NCBI GenBank assembly: GCA_043826355.1
Contig: JBDRQI010000002.1
Span: 1 to 64,000, forward strand
Length of the DNA stretch: 64,000 nucleotides
Source: Candidatus Omnitrophota bacterium
GTDB taxonomy: Bacteria > Ratteibacteria > UBA8468 > MWAK01
Direction of reading: 5' to 3'
The notes beneath the pieces are model-generated. The model searched no databases, had not been told where the DNA came from, and saw only the letters and a program-made list of their open reading frames with translations. Made by a program: the position numbers and the translations under genes. Positions 48,441 through 57,020 of this stretch are shown in pieces. Position 1 is the stretch's first letter, and every line of letters begins with the position of its first letter.

Positions 48441-50135
48441 CTAAAACAAACCCACCACGTTGCCTTTTTCGTCAACATCCACTTTTGTGCCGGCCGGCTC
48501 GCTGGGCAGTCCGGGCATGGTGCGCATCTCTCCGCAAAACGGATAAAGAAAACCGGCGCCGGCTGCCAGGCGGATGTCTCTGATGGGCAGGGTGAACCCG
48601 GTTGGCCTCCCCTTCAGTTTGGGGTCGTGCGAAAGCGAAAGATGGGTCTTGGCCATGCAGATGGGCAGGTCGTTGTACCCAAGGTTGGTGTAGTATTTGA
48701 TTTTTCCCTCGGCCAGCGGCGCGAACTCAACCCGGGCCGCACCGTAGATTTTAGTCGCAATCGTCTCAATCTTTTCCTTGATGGTCGCGTCAAGGGGATA
48801 AAGAAACCGGAAATTGCCCGGTTGATTGGCGGCTGCGATCACTGCTTCCGCCAGTTCCTTGCCGCCTTCGCCGCCCTTCGCCCAGACGTTGCTTTCGCAG
48901 GCGTTGTCGGAGCCGGATTGGAGCGCAATTTTCTTTACCGCGGCAATCTCGGAATCAAAGTCGGTTGGGAACCGGTTAATCGCAACCACCACCGGCACGC
49001 CGTAAAGCCGGACATTTTCAATGTGTTTGACGAGGTTTGCCGCGCCCTCCGTTACGACGGAAGGGTTTTCCTCCAAAAGTTTTTTGGGTAAGGGCTTGCC
49101 CGGTGTGACCGAAAATTTACCGCTGTGCATCTTTAAGGCCCGGACCGAGCAGACGATTACCACCGCATCCGGTTTCAAACCACTGACCCGGCACTTGATG
49201 TCAAAGAACTTTTCCGCTCCGCAGTCCGCTCCAAAGCCGCTTTCGGTTACCAGGTATTCTGCCAGGTGAATTCCCAGTTGGTCCGCGATGACGGAACTGT
49301 TGCCGTGGGCGATGTTGGCGAAAGGCCCGGCATGGACCAGGCACGGCGTATGTTCCAGGGTCTGCATGAGCGTTGGTTTGATTGCGTCTTTCAGGAGAAC
49401 CGCCATGGCGCCGGCGCACTTGAGGTCTTCCGCAGTTATTGGTTTGCCTTCTTTGCTTAAACCGACTACAATCTTGCCCAGTCGTTTCCTGAGGTCAAAG
49501 AGGTCGGTGGTCAGGGCCAGGATTGCCATTACTTCGGAGGCAACGGTGATGTCAAAAGACGATTCCCGGGGCACCCCGTCTTCCTTGCCGCCCAACCCGG
49601 TTACGATTTTACGCAGGGCCCGGTCGCTGACGTCAACCACCCTGGGCCAGGTGATGGAATAGGGATTGAGGTTGAAAGGGTTCTTATGGTAGAGGGAGTT
49701 GTCAATGAAGGCCGAGAGAAGGTTGTGCGCCAGACCCACCGCGTGGACGTCTCCGGTCAGGTGCAGGTTGAAGTCCTCCATCGGAATAACCTGAGAATAT
49801 CCGCCGCCGGCCGCGCCCCCTTTAATGCCGAAGACCGGTCCCAGGGATGGTTGCCGGATGCAGGTGAGGACGCTTTTCCCAATCGTGGCCAGCGCCTGGG
49901 AAAGGCCGATGGTGGTAACAGTCTTGCCTTCGCCCAGCGGTGTCGGTGTAATGGCAGTGACGTCGATATACTTCCCCTTCGGCTTATTTTTTACGCGGTC
50001 GGTTGCCTTCAGGTCAATTTTTGCTTTGTACTTTCCGTAAAGTTCCAGCTCGTCATCAAGAATGCCTAACTTTTCCGCAATTTCTTTAATCGGTTTTATC
50101 TTTGCTTTCTGGGCAATTTCCAGGTCGGACAGCAT
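48441..50135 (-). CDS. fhs: Formate--tetrahydrofolate ligase
   Basis: TPTPLGEGKT, RQPSLGP.FG.KGGAAGGGY, HAGPFANIAHG, TESGFG.D.GAEKF, CMAKT, MPGL. Confidence 0.99.
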   Translation of the reverse strand: MLSDLEIAQKAKIKPIKEIAEKLGILDDELELYGKYKAKIDLKATDRVKNKPKGKYIDVTAITPTPLGEGKTVTTIGLSQALATIGKSVLTCIRQPSLGPVFGIKGGAAGGGYSQVIPMEDFNLHLTGDVHAVGLAHNLLSAFIDNSLYHKNPFNLNPYSITWPRVVDVSDRALRKIVTGLGGKEDGVPRESSFDITVASEVMAILALTTDLFDLRKRLGKIVVGLSKEGKPITAEDLKCAGAMAVLLKDAIKPTLMQTLEHTPCLVHAGPFANIAHGNSSVIADQLGIHLAEYLVTESGFGADCGAEKFFDIKCRVSGLKPDAVVIVCSVRALKMHSGKFSVTPGKPLPKKLLEENPSVVTEGAANLVKHIENVRLYGVPVVVAINRFPTDFDSEIAAVKKIALQSGSDNACESNVWAKGGEGGKELAEAVIAAANQPGNFRFLYPLDATIKEKIETIATKIYGAARVEFAPLAEGKIKYYTNLGYNDLPICMAKTHLSLSHDPKLKGRPTGFTLPIRDIRLAAGAGFLYPFCGEMRTMPGLPSEPAGTKVDVDEKGNVVGLF

Positions 50136-50153
50136 AATGCCTCCCTTAATTTT

Positions 50154-51449
50154 TTATAATGGAACACCGCTGTAATCAATAATTTTCGGTCTGCCGTCCA
50201 GTTTCAGTTTGATGACCGTGTCGTTTCGGTCCGGCGGTTCTTTGGGCAGGCCCGTTAAGAAAAGCCGGCCGTCTTTGGTCTGTTTTATCTTTGCCTTTTG
50301 ACCGGTCGCCAGAATGGTGGCCGAAATGACTTTATTTCTTATTCCCGGCATGGAAGCGGTCTCTCCGGGCCAGCGGAAGATATGCCAGTAAAGGCAATTT
50401 CCTTTTGCGGTGGTTTTTCCGGCCATGCCGCCAAACCAATCCCCGACCGGACTGTTATGGGTCGGAATTCTTTCCGAACCATAGATGGATTCAGCGTTAA
50501 TCTTCATCCATTTTCCAATTTCTTTCAACCGCGTTACCTCCTCTTCCCTTACCGTTCCATCCGGTTTTGGCCCGATATTAAGAAGGTAGTTTCCGGTTCC
50601 GCTGGCTGCGGTTACCAGGTGCTGAATTAGTTGGGTGGTTGTTTTAAAGTTGGGGTTGTTTTTGGTATATCCCCAGCCGCAGAAGTCGCCCATTGTCATG
50701 CAGGATTCAGAAGCCCGGCCTGGCTTGGAGGCGGTTACCGTCTGCTCGGGCGTGTCCACGTCCTCGTCCAGACCGGAGCGGTTGTTAATGATGATTTTTG
50801 GCTGAAGGTTTCTTACCATCCAGTTAAGTTCTTTAGAACGCCAGAACGTAGTGCTTTCCGAGGCCATTACTTTGCCGTCTTCCATAGACCGGGGCAGGGG
50901 AACACCCGGTATCCACTCCCCGTCGTAAAAGAGATAATCAATCTTTCCGTAGTTGGTCATCAGTTCCCTGACCTGGCCGTGCAGTTGCTTAACCATCGCC
51001 TGGAAACTTTCCGGGTATTTTTTCATGTTGAAGTACCCGGGAAAGCGCCAGTCCAAAAGGGAGTAATAGAGACCCACCTTAAGCCCGGCTTTGCGGCAGG
51101 ATTTGACGTATTCAGCCACAAAATCCTTCTTGGCTACGGTCTTAACCGAAGTGAAGTCGCTTACCTTGCTGTCAAAGAGGCAGAAGCCGTCGTGGTGCCG
51201 GGTGGTGAGGACCATGTATTTCATCCCGGTCTCTTTTGCCAGGGAAGCCCAGCGGTCAGCGTTAAACTTGGCAGGTTTGAATTGGCCGGCCAGTTTGGCG
51301 TACTCGTCCGGCGGGATGCGTTCTGCAAACATCGTCCATTCGCCCCGGCCCATCAGGGAATAGAGTCCCCAGTGGATGAACATTCCAAACCGCGCCCGGT
51401 TAAACCAGGCCATCCGTTTTTCGTAGGATAAATCACTTTTTGTTTTCAT
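50154..51449 (-). CDS. Alpha-L-fucosidase (GH29), no signal peptide
   Basis: FGMFIHWG, TTRHHDGF, YYSLLDW, FYDG, NNR, LLNIGP. Confidence 0.92.
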   Translation of the reverse strand: MKTKSDLSYEKRMAWFNRARFGMFIHWGLYSLMGRGEWTMFAERIPPDEYAKLAGQFKPAKFNADRWASLAKETGMKYMVLTTRHHDGFCLFDSKVSDFTSVKTVAKKDFVAEYVKSCRKAGLKVGLYYSLLDWRFPGYFNMKKYPESFQAMVKQLHGQVRELMTNYGKIDYLFYDGEWIPGVPLPRSMEDGKVMASESTTFWRSKELNWMVRNLQPKIIINNRSGLDEDVDTPEQTVTASKPGRASESCMTMGDFCGWGYTKNNPNFKTTTQLIQHLVTAASGTGNYLLNIGPKPDGTVREEEVTRLKEIGKWMKINAESIYGSERIPTHNSPVGDWFGGMAGKTTAKGNCLYWHIFRWPGETASMPGIRNKVISATILATGQKAKIKQTKDGRLFLTGLPKEPPDRNDTVIKLKLDGRPKIIDYSGVPL

Positions 51450-51471
51450 TGATGGTTTCCTATTATTTTCT

Positions 51472-51523
51472 TAGTGCGAGGCTTTCAGCCTCGCTTCTTT
51501 TGGCGACCCTGAAAGGGCCGCAC
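51472..51523. repeat. GTAG-type REP-like doublet (GCGAGGCT..AGCCTCGC / CGACCCT..AGGGCCG)
   Basis: Two adjacent hairpins between metF and the GH29 gene. Confidence 0.6.
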
Positions 51524-51540
51524 GGCGTTAAAATGCCGCG

Positions 51541-52416
51541 TTACAGCCCGGCGGCGTCTAAAATTTTGCCGCAGTGCCTCTCCCAGCCAATGGGCATGAT
51601 ATGAATTCCGCGGCACATGCTTTTCAGGTTTCCGATTAGTTCGGAAGCGATCGCAATGCTTTCAGTTACCCGCTGTTCCTTGGGAGCATCAGCCATGCGT
51701 TTGATATAATTGTCCGGCACGTGAACCCCGGAGACGTGTTCGTTCATATATTTTGCCATACCGGCGTTTTTTAACAAAACAATGCCGGCCATTACCGGAA
51801 CCTGGAACTGTTCTGCCTGCCGGATAAACTTTTCAAACGCGTCCACCTCATAAACGGCCTGGGTCTGGAAAAATTCCGCGCCGGCCGCCACCTTCTTTTC
51901 CATTTTTATTAACTGGGGTTCCAGCGGGTCAGCGCCCGGGTTGACCACCGCGCCCAGACAGAAGTGCGGGAACGGTTCCGCCAGTTTGTTGCCAGCCGCG
52001 TCCTGGCCCTGTTCCATCTTTCGGGCTGCCGCCAGCAATTGCACCGTGTCGTAGTCAAAGACCGGCTTGGCGGCGCGGTCGTCGCCTAACATCGGGTGGT
52101 CGCCGGTGAGCGCCAGCACGTTTTCAATCTTGAAGGCGGCTGCCGAAAGGAGGTCGGACTGAAGCGCCAGGCGGTTTCGGTCACGGCAGGTTATCTGGAG
52201 AATCGGTTCCAGACCGGCTTCTTTCAATTTGATGCAGAGCGCCAGGGAACCCAGACGCATTACCGCGCTCTGCAGGTCGGTAACGTTGAAACCATCCACC
52301 CGGTCGGCGAGGACCTTGCCGATATCAATAAACGGCTGGGTTTCCGTCCCTTTTTCCGGGCCGAATTCTACAGTGATTAGAAACTTGCCTGCTTTAATCT
52401 TCTCTTTGAAAGTCAT
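51541..52416 (-). CDS. metF: Methylenetetrahydrofolate reductase
   Basis: E..P.KG, NVTD, CRDRNR..LQS, LTGD, KK..AGA.F.QTQ. Confidence 0.95.
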   Translation of the reverse strand: MTFKEKIKAGKFLITVEFGPEKGTETQPFIDIGKVLADRVDGFNVTDLQSAVMRLGSLALCIKLKEAGLEPILQITCRDRNRLALQSDLLSAAAFKIENVLALTGDHPMLGDDRAAKPVFDYDTVQLLAAARKMEQGQDAAGNKLAEPFPHFCLGAVVNPGADPLEPQLIKMEKKVAAGAEFFQTQAVYEVDAFEKFIRQAEQFQVPVMAGIVLLKNAGMAKYMNEHVSGVHVPDNYIKRMADAPKEQRVTESIAIASELIGNLKSMCRGIHIMPIGWERHCGKILDAAGL

Positions 52417-52434
52417 GGTTTCTCCTCAACAAAT

Positions 52435-52546
52435 AGATTCTTCGCAAAATCGGCTCAGAATGACAAAAAGTGTGTCATCCTGAGCGGGTAGCGAAGGATC
52501 CCGTTTTAAGATTGCCGCGTCACAAAATACGTTCCTCGCAATGACA
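52435..52546. repeat. Composite palindromic repeat (TGTCAT(T/C)CTGAG family plus GCAATGACA family)
   Basis: GATTCTTCG..CTCAGAATGACA / TGTCATCCTGAG..CGAAGGATC / GATTGC..CTCGCAATGACA. Confidence 0.8.
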
Positions 52547-52549
52547 GCG

Positions 52550-53224
52550 TCACACTGCCGCTTTACTGCGCAGCGGTTTTATCTTTTTTGACCAGTCCTT
52601 GGCCGGCTGGTTTGCCTTCATCAGGTCAAGCCGTCCGAGTTCTTTCAGCCGGTTGTAGATTAAAAGCCAGCCGCAGGAACGGTCTCCATCCACCTCGCAC
52701 TTGCCGTTTTTGGTGGTTCCGCCGCAGGGTCCGTTAAGCAGTCCCTTGGCGCAGAGGGTGTGCGGACAGAGTCCACCCATTAAATCCAGGATGCATTCGC
52801 CGCAGAGGCTGCATTTTTCCTCAAAGGTATTAACCAGGCCCGTTGGCGAAAGTTCCGTCTTCCATTCCGGTCCCAGAAAGAGGGTGTCACAGCCGGGCAC
52901 AACCAATTTTTTGGTGATTTCGGTCAGGACCTGGTTGCCCAAGCCGCAGCAGAGGAGCAGAATAACTTCGGCGTCATCCACCGCTTTCCGGCTTGTCCGC
53001 AAATCTTTTTTGACCAGAGGCAACAGGCAGCTCCTTTCCGGCAGAAGGTAACCGGTTACCTCTTTGCCGCTTTCCGTTAAAAATTTTGTCATCTCCTTCA
53101 ATTCCCGCTCTCCACCGGTTCGGCAGGTAGTGGCGCACGACTGACAGCCGGAAAGAAATATTTTTCTAAACGGCTCCAGTTTTTTCAGGATATCTTCCCT
53201 GGATTTCTGAACGGTAACAACCAT
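52550..53224 (-). CDS. metV: MTHFR Fe-S/Zn subunit MetV
   Basis: GC.SCA..C, C..CG.C.L...GG.CP...CAK.LLNGPCGG, CE, CGW; directly upstream of metF. Confidence 0.92.
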   Translation of the reverse strand: MVVTVQKSREDILKKLEPFRKIFLSGCQSCATTCRTGGERELKEMTKFLTESGKEVTGYLLPERSCLLPLVKKDLRTSRKAVDDAEVILLLCCGLGNQVLTEITKKLVVPGCDTLFLGPEWKTELSPTGLVNTFEEKCSLCGECILDLMGGLCPHTLCAKGLLNGPCGGTTKNGKCEVDGDRSCGWLLIYNRLKELGRLDLMKANQPAKDWSKKIKPLRSKAAV

Positions 53225-53240
53225 TTTTATCCTCCGTGAA

Positions 53241-53302
53241 AATGTAGGGGGCGGGGTTACATCCCCGCCCACGGGAGGGGATGTAACCCCGCCCCCTACA
53301 TT
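53241..53302. repeat. Perfect 26-bp-arm inverted repeat of GTAG-REP type
   Basis: AATGTAGGGGGCGGGGTTACATCCCC-N10-GGGGATGTAACCCCGCCCCCTACATT. Confidence 0.88.
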
Positions 53303-53310
53303 ACATTAGC

Positions 53311-54159
53311 TTAATATTTTCCCGCGGCCGCAACGGTATTTCTTACCAGCATCGCTACCGTCAGCGGTCCGACTCCGCCCGGCACCGGCGTAATCCAGGA
53401 CGCCCTCTTTTCCGCCTCGTCAAACTCCACGTCTCCGACAAGCTTGTCCGCCACCCGGTTGATGCCGACGTCAACCACGATGGCGCCTTCTTTGACCCAT
53501 TCGCCCTTAACCAGACCGGCCTTGCCTACCGCAACCACCAGGATTTCCGCGCGCCTGACGTGTTCCGGCAGGTTTCCGCGCTGTCCGGTGGCGATATGGC
53601 AGACCGTGACCGTGGCGAACTCCGTCAGGAGCAGAAGCGCCAGCGGCTTACCCACAATTTCAGAATGTCCGACCACCACCACCTCTTTGCCGTAAAGTTT
53701 TTCGTTGGTGGCCTTCAGAAGTTCCATCACTCCGGCTGCGGTGCAGGGCGTGAAGAGCGGTTTTGCCAGCACCAAAAGGCCTAAACTGGCCGGATTGATT
53801 CCTTCCACATCCTTCCCCGGCGCAATCAGGGCCTGGATAGCCCGTCCGTCAAGTTGAGCCGGCAGAGGCATTTGAACAATGATGCCGCTGACCGAGGAGT
53901 TGGAATTGAGCCGGTTAATTTCCGCGGCCAGGTCTGGCTGGGAGATATTTTCCGGCAGGGTCAGCAGTTGGTAGTCAACGCCAGTATTGGCGCAGACCTT
54001 TTGCTGGCTCTTCAGGTAGACTGAGCTGGCCTGGTTTTCGCCGGCCTGGACCGCGACCAGTTTCGGTGTGATTCCTTTCGCTTTTAATTCCGCTGCTTTT
54101 AATTTAACCTCTTCTCCAATCTTTTCCGCAATCGGTCTGCCTTCCAGTAATTTTGCCAT
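53311..54159 (-). CDS. folD: Methylene-THF dehydrogenase/cyclohydrolase
   Basis: Y...Q (YxxxK Lys replaced), QMPLP, KDVEG, PCT, G.S.IVGKP, DVG.N, TPVPGGVGP. Confidence 0.96.
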   Translation of the reverse strand: MAKLLEGRPIAEKIGEEVKLKAAELKAKGITPKLVAVQAGENQASSVYLKSQQKVCANTGVDYQLLTLPENISQPDLAAEINRLNSNSSVSGIIVQMPLPAQLDGRAIQALIAPGKDVEGINPASLGLLVLAKPLFTPCTAAGVMELLKATNEKLYGKEVVVVGHSEIVGKPLALLLLTEFATVTVCHIATGQRGNLPEHVRRAEILVVAVGKAGLVKGEWVKEGAIVVDVGINRVADKLVGDVEFDEAEKRASWITPVPGGVGPLTVAMLVRNTVAAAGKY

Positions 54160-54162
54160 AAT

Positions 54163-54795
54163 TTACCCTAGTCTTTTTTTGGCTTCGGTTAAAATTGCGT
54201 CACTTTTAGAGATAATCTCTTCCCGGAATGAATTAAGGGCTTTTTTTATTTTTGCCTCATCCGGCAGGTTCAGGCCTCCGGAGAGGTTGATCAGGATATT
54301 GATTTCCGCCACTTCAAAAGCAGCCCGGGCCAGACTGACCGCGCAGGCGACGTCGCTGAGCAGGTACGGATTCCCTTTTTCCAAAAGCGGCTTAGCCAGA
54401 TGTAAGACCTGCCGGGATAATTCCGCAACAAGCATGAGGATTTTATTGCCGGCTTCTGTTGCGGTAATCAATGCTTCCCGCCGGCCCGGCGTTTCTTTAT
54501 TTATTTCCGCGGCCCGGCGGTACTGGAGGTAAGCGACGCTGTCTTCTTCAACCAATTTGGCCGCTTCCTGCTGGATGGTTTCGGTGCTGTTTAAAATCTC
54601 TTTTACTTCGGCTTCAAAATCGAGATAACGTTTATTCCCGATGGTGAAATTGGCCACCATGGAGAGCAGGGCCGCAGACAGGGAAAGTGATAACGCGCCT
54701 GCGCTGCCGCCGCCGGGCACCGGGTCTCTGGATGCGAGCCGCGACAGGTATGTTTTTAACGGGTTCTGCAGGTAATCTATTTTTATTTCAGCCAT
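54163..54795 (-). CDS. fchA: Cyclodeaminase/cyclohydrolase family protein (FchA-like)
   Basis: LAS..PVPGGGSA, SMVA.FT, ED..AY, GN..L.SD, NI.INL. Confidence 0.88.
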   Translation of the reverse strand: MAEIKIDYLQNPLKTYLSRLASRDPVPGGGSAGALSLSLSAALLSMVANFTIGNKRYLDFEAEVKEILNSTETIQQEAAKLVEEDSVAYLQYRRAAEINKETPGRREALITATEAGNKILMLVAELSRQVLHLAKPLLEKGNPYLLSDVACAVSLARAAFEVAEINILINLSGGLNLPDEAKIKKALNSFREEIISKSDAILTEAKKRLG

Positions 54796-54803
54796 TGCTT
54801 TGT

Positions 54804-54875
54804 TGTCATCCTGAGTGAAACGAAGGATCGCATCTTTCAATACGAGACCCTTCGCAGGACCGGCTCAGGGTGACA
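54804..54875. repeat. TGTCATCCTGAG...CTCAGGGTGACA palindromic repeat
   Basis: Terminal inverted arms plus internal CGAAGGATC/GACCCTTCG pair. Confidence 0.8.
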
Positions 54876-54887
54876 TCCACAGGGATG

Positions 54888-54946
54888 TCGTGAAAAAAAT
54901 CACAGACAAAAAAGTAAGTGTAACTCTTTTTCACGCTCTCTGTCAA
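54888..54946 (-). promoter_or_regulatory. Putative promoter (TTGACA-N18-TACACT) with downstream Rex-like operator
   Basis: -35 at 54941-54946 on the minus strand; TCGTGAA-N4-ATCACAG at 54888-54905 compared with Rex consensus TTGTGAA-N4-TTCACAA. Confidence 0.5.
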
Positions 54947-55728
54947 TCAAGTTCCAACACCATGCCGTCGGTTGCCGCGATTATCTCCAAGCCGAATTTT
55001 TGGCTCAACCGGTTGGCGATCTCCTTGGGGTCGGCTATCAACACTCTCCGTCCGAAATGGGTCAGGATAATTTTCTTCGCCAGAGGCGAATGCGCCTCCG
55101 GCGTATGCGGTTTGCTGCGGGCGAGAATATCTTCTACCTCGGGAACGGAAAGATGAAAAATTTCCGGCTTTCGTTTTGTCAGGACGACGTTGATAATCAA
55201 CATTTCCCCGCGGAAGTAGTCCGGAATTCCGGGGAAATAAGCAGTGTCGGTGATAAAAGAGACGGTTCGGCGGTCTATTTTGAAATTAAAACCGTAGGTC
55301 TCCACCGGGTGCAGCATTTTGATTGGGGTAAAAGAGATTTTACCCACCCGGTATTCTTTACCCTCTTTTAGAATTTCCAACCGTTCCGGAAAATTTCGAA
55401 TATATTTTTGGATGACCGGTTCCGGGCCAAGCGCGTCCCGGGGCGCAAAGACTGCGCCCCTCTTTGTGTGGCCGCCGGCGGTCATCGCTTCAATCATAAC
55501 ATTGACATCCGCGGAATGGTCCAGGTGTTTGTGGGAGAGGATAACGCCGGTTAGTTTGGTCGGGTCCAGTTTGGGACGGCTCTCCAGCGCCCGAACCAGA
55601 GAACCGGGTCCCGGGTCCAGAATCAGGTTATCCAAACCGCTGGAAATCCAGATTCCGCCTGAGGCGCGCAGTTGTTTAATCATCACAAATCGCGCGCCGG
55701 CCGTGCCCAGAAATTTGATAAAAGCCAT
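54943..55728 (-). CDS. MBL-fold metallo-hydrolase
   Basis: FLGTAG.R, LDPGPG, SHKHLDH, DT, LTHFG. Confidence 0.88.
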   Translation of the reverse strand: MAFIKFLGTAGARFVMIKQLRASGGIWISSGLDNLILDPGPGSLVRALESRPKLDPTKLTGVILSHKHLDHSADVNVMIEAMTAGGHTKRGAVFAPRDALGPEPVIQKYIRNFPERLEILKEGKEYRVGKISFTPIKMLHPVETYGFNFKIDRRTVSFITDTAYFPGIPDYFRGEMLIINVVLTKRKPEIFHLSVPEVEDILARSKPHTPEAHSPLAKKIILTHFGRRVLIADPKEIANRLSQKFGLEIIAATDGMVLELD

Positions 55729-55763
55729 ATGATTTATTCCGGAAAGTTCCAGCGGGTACTTTT

Positions 55764-57020
55764 TCAGATAAATTTTTCAGTAACTCTGCGGGCCATATCG
55801 GCCCATTCCCACAGCCGTCCGGGTTCACCCCGCACCGTGGAAATATCCTTCAGGATAATTTCCGCAACACACCCATTATTGCGTGTTTTTTCAAGAACGC
55901 CGGTAAGTATCTGCCGTGCCTGTTCAAGATTCCATCGGTCGGTAGCCAGGACCGCCGGGTTGGGTTTGTAGGAAAAGACATAGCGGTTGCCCACATTGCG
56001 GACGGCCTGGTCAACGTTGATGCGCGGACTCATGGAAACCTTGCGCAGGTTCGGGATGCTGCACAGGATATCTATCTTTTGGTGGAGGGGTTCGCAGCAT
56101 CCGTAATAGGTGAGGCCAAACTGCTCCAGCCAGGGTTTTTCATAACGTAAAGCAAACTCTTCATGCATTTTGGGGGAGACTTCAGAGAATATCTGCGACG
56201 TGGCGCATCCCCACTGGTCCCGAGTCCGAACGCGGGCCGGATTAAAATCGGGTTGTGGAAGTTCGTCGGTATAGCCGGGTCCTCCGGAACCGATGCGGAA
56301 ATTTCCGTTATCAAGTTTGAAAAGGTTTAACTCTTCGTACTGTTTAATCCGGTGGAGGTAGGCGGATAGCAACCGTTCCATTGCGGCGTGGATAAGTTCC
56401 GGCCGGAGCGTCAGGTCCGTCAGGGCTTCCTGAACGCCGTACCAGGTAACCAGTACGTCCCACGGCGCAAACCACTGCTGCCTAACCCCGTATTTTTCAA
56501 TCTGCAGAATGTCACCGAAAAGGTCGCAGAGGGTCTGATATTCTCGTTCGGTGGCTTCGCGGTTAAAAGAGATTTTCGGCATCTTTATCTTCAGGACATC
56601 CTTTTTAGTCTGAATCTGGGGATAAAAATGGTGTGAGGTAATTGAGGAGTGTTCTCCCCGGATAACGTCTGATTCTTCCCGGATGCCGAAGCCGGTATCG
56701 TGAATCACGGGGTGGGAATAGAACTTCGGTTCCACCGCCATATCCCCCCGAAAATGTTCCCACTGGTAAATCGTCGTACGGAGTTGCCATTCAACTCCCC
56801 GTAGAAAATTGTCACCTGTCTGCAGGGTGAGTTCTTTTTCAGCTTCCAGCAATTCCGGCCAGGGTACTTCGGTAATCCAGACCAGCGGCCGGCCGGGTTT
56901 CAGGCTGTTTAAACGCTTCCATTCCGCAATCGTTTCCTTGTGAATCGGGAGCGAGGCGATTTCCGCCTGGCGCGCCGCCAATTTTCTCAAGATGCCCCTG
57001 TCTTTTTCCGATGGCTTCAT
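55764..57020 (-). CDS. Uroporphyrinogen-decarboxylase/MtaA-like TIM-barrel protein
   Basis: G....L.DL...PE..H, SP.M.EEF...Y, YGCCEPL, YKP.P; start overlaps the stop of the GH gene upstream. Confidence 0.7.
   Translation of the reverse strand: MKPSEKDRGILRKLAARQAEIASLPIHKETIAEWKRLNSLKPGRPLVWITEVPWPELLEAEKELTLQTGDNFLRGVEWQLRTTIYQWEHFRGDMAVEPKFYSHPVIHDTGFGIREESDVIRGEHSSITSHHFYPQIQTKKDVLKIKMPKISFNREATEREYQTLCDLFGDILQIEKYGVRQQWFAPWDVLVTWYGVQEALTDLTLRPELIHAAMERLLSAYLHRIKQYEELNLFKLDNGNFRIGSGGPGYTDELPQPDFNPARVRTRDQWGCATSQIFSEVSPKMHEEFALRYEKPWLEQFGLTYYGCCEPLHQKIDILCSIPNLRKVSMSPRINVDQAVRNVGNRYVFSYKPNPAVLATDRWNLEQARQILTGVLEKTRNNGCVAEIILKDISTVRGEPGRLWEWADMARRVTEKFI

Noticed and set aside
52550..54840. 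N-terminal extensions of metV (53272) and fchA (54840) in the ORF track; likewise purS (10136) and murI (12044) elsewhere in the window
   Set aside because: The extensions run through palindromic repeats or upstream genes; downstream ATGs fit the protein families better
54796..54940. THF or ZTP riboswitch upstream of the folate genes
   Set aside because: The hairpin is explained by the dispersed TGTCATCCTGAG repeat, and no riboswitch consensus was recognised
13287..54946. Apparent preference for 18-bp promoter spacers
   Set aside because: Only three hand-picked examples, and other candidate promoters have 17 or 19-21 bp
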